A stretch of 62,617 nucleotides of DNA, counting the filler, from Reclinomonas americana ATCC 50394 (taxonomy: Eukaryota): NCBI GenBank assembly GCA_048213135.1. It is 5 parts of 2 records of this genome, joined end to end, with 100 filler letters (N's around TTAATTAATTAA, not from the genome) between each part and the next. Parts side by side here need not be neighbours in the genome. Positions count along the whole stretch, not along the records: positions 52,842 to 62,617 come from PS015084.1; 4 more parts are not named here. The stretch is one strand, 5' to 3'. The notes beneath the pieces are model-generated. The model did no database searches. It saw nothing but the letters and a program-made list of their open reading frames with translations, and had not been told where the DNA came from. Shown piece by piece: positions 58,390 through 62,617 of this stretch (positions within the stretch are counted from its first letter, which is position 1; each line of letters begins with the position of its first letter). A program made the position numbers and the translations under genes.

Positions 58390-59923
58390 TGAAGAGACTG
58401 AGACTGTGCTTGTGCTCTCTTGTTGCTGAGTGTGTGTGTGCGTGTGCGCTGTTCAGCGGCTAAACGAAGGCGATCAAAAACGGTCTGCGAGGCGGTGGGT
58501 GATGGGCGGTGGTGATGGGTGTCACATCGTGGTGGTTGAGAAAAAGGGAACGGCGGTTCACCGCGGAAGGAGAAGGGGAGCGGAGGTGGAGGGAGGAGGC
58601 GGTAGGGAGAGGAGCAGTGTGAGTGAGAGTGAGAGTGAGAGTGTGTGAGTGTGTGAGTGTGTGTGCAGAAACACCAGTTTTGCCGGCACATTGATTGCAA
58701 TCGCAATCACTCAGCGGTGCCAGTGCTGGCTCCAGCACGCACGCATAGATGCAAGCCTCGGAGGGGTCTGAACACGACTGTGACGAAGCTGGTCCGAGGA
58801 AAGAGAGGTGGGCAGTTTTCGATATCGATATACTGTACTGTATCTCTGGATACTCGTTCTCGGGCCTCCACAACTGAAATACCTCACCATCACACACCGC
58901 GTTGCTTTTCCACCACTTCCCGATGTGTCTCACCGTGCCCCACTGGCGCTGCAGTGCTGCAGTCGCCGAGAGCGCGCGAGTTCATCAGTTTTTTAGTTTT
59001 GTAGTTTCGATATCGATATCTCGGAAAAAGGAACACTCATCGTTGGTGTGCTCTCTCTGTGGCACCCACACCATTGCACAGTGCGCTTGCCTCCCCACCA
59101 AATCTCACCACTTCCCACCAGCGCTGCATTTGCAGCCGTCGCGTGCACGTGAGAGAAATCATCAACTTAAGCTTCAATGTCTCGAAAAACTAATTCTCTC
59201 TCTCTGGTGTTACCTTCTCTGACACCCACACCACTGTACACTGCGCCCACTTCATCCCACCACCAGGCGACGTTCAGAGTGTCCGTCGTCACGTCTCATT
59301 NNNNNNNNNNNNNNNNNNNNNNNNNNNNNNNNNNNNNNNNNNNNNNNNNNNNNNNNNNNNNNNNNNNNNNNNNNNNNNNNNNNNNNNNNNNNNNNNNNNN
59401 NNNNNNNNNNNNNNNNNNNNNNNNNNNNNNNNNNNNNNNNNNNNNNNNNNNNNNNNNNNNNNNNNNNNNNNNNNNNNNNNNNNNNNNNNNNNNNNNNNNN
59501 NNNNNNNNNNNNNNNNNNNNNNNNNNNNNNNNNNNNNNNNNNNNNNNNNNNNNNNNNNNNNNNNNNNNNNNNNNNNNNNNNNNNNNNNNNNNNNNNNNNN
59601 NNNNNNNNNNNNNNNNNNNNNNNNNNNNNNNNNNNNNNNNNNNNNNNNNNNNNNNNNNNNNNNNNNNNNNNNNNNNNNNNNNNNNNNNNNNNNNNNNNNN
59701 NNNNNNNNNNNNNNNNNNNNNNNNNNNNNNNNNNNNNNNNNNNNNNNNNNNNNNNNNNNNNNNNNNNNNNNNNNNNNNNNNNNNNNNNNNNNNNNNNNNN
59801 NNNNNNNNNNNNNNNNNNNNNNNNNNNNNNNNNNNNNNNCCTCGCCTCTCACACTCACTCTCTCTCTCTCTTCCCTCTCTCTCTCTCTGCCCCACTCACT
59901 GTCTCTCTCTCTCTCTCTCACAG

Positions 59924-61576
59924 GCTGGGGATGTGGTTATCGCACAGTGCAAGCGCTGCTGAGTCAGGTGTTGGTGCATGAAGAGGAAGAAGGGGACGGG
60001 GAGGATGCTGGGCGATGCGCGATACAGAGCATTGCTTGCATGATTGATCGGATGAATGAGCTGCGAGTGGAGGAGGGCAGTGAGCCGGTGTGCTGGGGGC
60101 ATTGGGGTGAGTAGAGGGAGGGAGAGGGAGGGCGAGGGGAGGGAGGGCAAGGGGAAGGAGAGAGTCCTGTCGCCCGAGTTGTCTCACTTGACAGTCGCTG
60201 TCTCCCTTCGGAGAAAGTCTCAGCTGAGAGAGTGAGAAGAACCAAGTGTAGATCAAGAAAACGACATCAAGCAAAGGAGAGAAAGAGACTGATAGATGAG
60301 GAACAAGGGGAAGAGGTTGACAAGAGATAGTGGCGAGGAAAGACCGCTGGAGATCGGTGGTCACTCAGGATGGCGCGCAGACTCAGCTAGGAAGCAGCGG
60401 GGATGCAAGAATCGCAAGGGAAACGCGAGAGAGAGAGGAATTGCAGCCTGTGTGAGAGACAGTGAACCAGAGAGAGGGAAAGGGGACAGGAAGGGAGAGA
60501 GACGGAGGAGCGAAAGAGGAATGGAGAGAGAGAGAGACATTGAGAAACAGCAATACAGGGAGACAAAGTGACAAGAAGACAGACGAAGTGAGACAGAACG
60601 AGCGAAATAGAATTAGAGACACACACACACATACACACCCACACACAGCGAGAGAGAAGCAAAAGAAAGGGACTTGGAGAGAGGAGGAACAGAGGAAACG
60701 AGAGACACACTCACACTGAGAAACAGAAAAACAGAGAAAGAAAGGCCAGGCTGTGAAAGAGAAGAGAGCTCTCTCTCCCTTCGTCTTCCCTCTCCTACCC
60801 CATTCCCCCCTTCTTCCCCTTCCTTCACCAGCCTCCCTCGACCACCTCACCACCTTCCTCGCCAACTCCACCCCCTCGCTCCGCCTCCTCCGCACCCTCC
60901 ATGTGCGCGACTGGTCCTCCCGCCGTCAAGTCTGCGAGGCCCTGGCAGAACACTTTGCCGTGCACGGTATGGCTGCTTGACCACTTCTTGCCTTGTTGTT
61001 CTCGCGTTATTATGTTTGTGTGTGTATCATCGTGTTTTTCTGTTCTCTTTCATTTCCCGTTTTTCTCGTCCATCTTCCGTCTTCCCCCCTTCCCCACTGT
61101 CCCACGCGTCTCTTCTCTCTTTTTCTCACTTCCCTTTCTTCCCCGACGTCCCCCCTTCAATCACCCTTCCCTCATCCCTCACCCCCGTCCTCTCTTCCCG
61201 CTTTCCCCCCTTTTCCCTCACCCCCTTCGCCCTTCGCCCTTCCCCTTCTTTCCCCCTTCCCCCTCACCCCTTTCCCTATTCCCCCACAGGCCTCCTGGCC
61301 CTGGCCATCGGCGGCGGCCTCGTGGTCGGCATTGGCGGCTCCCGCTGGACCGACAAGTGGGAACTGTTTGTGGTCGACCCGCACGGTCGCGGCTCCGACG
61401 AGGACACGCACGCGCTGTGTGGCATGGGAAACGGCGGGGTGGGGTGGCTGGACGAGAGCGCCTTCTTTTTCGACAAGGTGGACGACGAGGTGAAGGCGAT
61501 GATGTCGGAGGAGGAGCTGCTGGAGGCGCTCGGCTGGTGCTTCATATTACTTGGCGAGGGTGAGGCGGAGAGGTGA
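59924..61576 (+). CDS. Ufm1-specific protease-like (peptidase family C78, UFSP type); 5' part in or before the gap
   Basis: Exons 59924-60106 (GWGCGYRTVQALLSQ, catalytic Cys), 60832-60966 (..EALAEHFAVHG) and 61290-61576 (LAIGGGLVVGI..LFVVDPH..GVGW, catalytic DPH). Confidence 0.85.
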
Positions 61577-61600
61577 ACACATTGTCTGCATAGTTTTTTA

Positions 61601-62431
61601 TTAGATGCTGGGAAGCGCCTGCAGCGCGTCGGTGAGTCTGGTGGGACACGCGGCCGCGGCCAGAGGAAGCAGCACGGCGGCGTCGCACGCTGCATATGAG
61701 GCCTGCCAGCACCCATGTTAGCAGAGAAAGAGAAAGATATGCAAAAAAACAGGAGGCAAACAAAACCTGCGCGGCACTCAGCGGCCACCGGCCCCAGTTC
61801 GACACCTGCACGCTCTTGATCTTGAAGAGCGTCAGTCCGAGATACTGCGGCACCAGCTTCTTGAGCGCCGCTCTCGCGCTGCCCGTCGACACCACAGTCA
61901 GTTCTCTCTCTGCCTCCAGAGGGCCTGAACACAAGAAAGGACTCACCGTGTACCGTGCTCCTCGCCCTCCTCCCGCTGCACGTCAAACGCACCATTCAGC
62001 TGCGCGCCAAAGCGATCCGAGAGCTCCGAGGAGTCGGTGTTGGAGAAGACGAGCTTGAGAATGGCCGGCGAGGCGAGCAACTCGACAGTGGCCGGCGGCA
62101 GCACCGACATGTCAATGACCTGCGCGACGCACGCCGACGACTCGGTGGCCAGCTGCAGCACTGCCAGCTGATTGCGCTCGCCGACGCGCCACGAGGGCTT
62201 GCTCTCCGTATCCATGCCCACCGCGCGCACTCCCTTGTCGAGCACTTCGCGGCGCACCCATTCGTCCAGCTCCTCCGGCCGGCGCGTGACCAGCAGTGCG
62301 TGCGTGTCGGCGATTGTGTAGTCGGGCAGTCGCGGTTGCTGCTCGACATTGGCAGCTGCCGCACTCTCGGCCGGCGGTTGCTGCGCCCGGCGCGCTCGCG
62401 GGGGGTTGGGCTTGACCGGTTTGTGCTTGTC
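61601..62431 (-). CDS. WRN/EXD-like DnaQ (DEDDy) 3'-5' exonuclease; 5' exon(s) beyond the visible sequence
   Basis: ExoI AVGMDTESKPSW..LAVLQLAT..LLASPAILKL; LKKLVPQYLGLTLFK..QVSNWGRWPLSAAQ|ASYAACDA (ExoIII); stop TAA at 61601. Confidence 0.88.
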
Positions 62432-62617
62432 CTGGGGAGCACAAGTGGAAGGGGTGAGGAGGGGAGGGAGAAGGGGAAAAAGGGGAAGGGGAAGGGGAAG
62501 GGGAGGAGGAGGAGGAGGAGGAAGGAGAGAGGGAGGGAAGGGAGAGGAGGAGGAGGAGGAGGAGAGGAGGAGGAGAGAGGAGAAGGAGAGGAGGAGGAGG
62601 AGGAGGGAGGAGGAAGG

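Overview
Intron-rich eukaryotic genomic DNA from a gappy draft assembly. The IFT122 gene implies a flagellated organism, probably a protist; I cannot name it. Most introns are short (about 57-80 nt) GT-AG, and the standard code is used. All gene models were spliced by eye and all family calls are from remembered motifs; no searches were run. The main feature is one giant + strand gene (<1-22533). It has at least 48 bacterial-type cadherin-like repeats, one per phase-1 exon, then a GAIN/GPS autoproteolysis site (CATTHL|TDF) and five transmembrane segments matching polycystin-1 TM1-5. It has no PLAT or TRP-channel half and ends in a coiled-coil-like tail, so it looks like a cadherin-polycystin chimeric receptor. 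A secreted protein of more than 30 tandem EGF repeats lies on the - strand (34719-42744), with introns splitting the 4th cysteine codon. The window also holds two WD40 paralogs sharing an unrecognised C-terminal motif, a large unknown secreted protein, a divergent Rab5/Rab24-like GTPase, a GLOD4-like glyoxalase-fold gene, TRM8/METTL1, IFT122, a Q/P-rich gene, a UFSP-type C78 protease and a WRN-like 3'-5' exonuclease.
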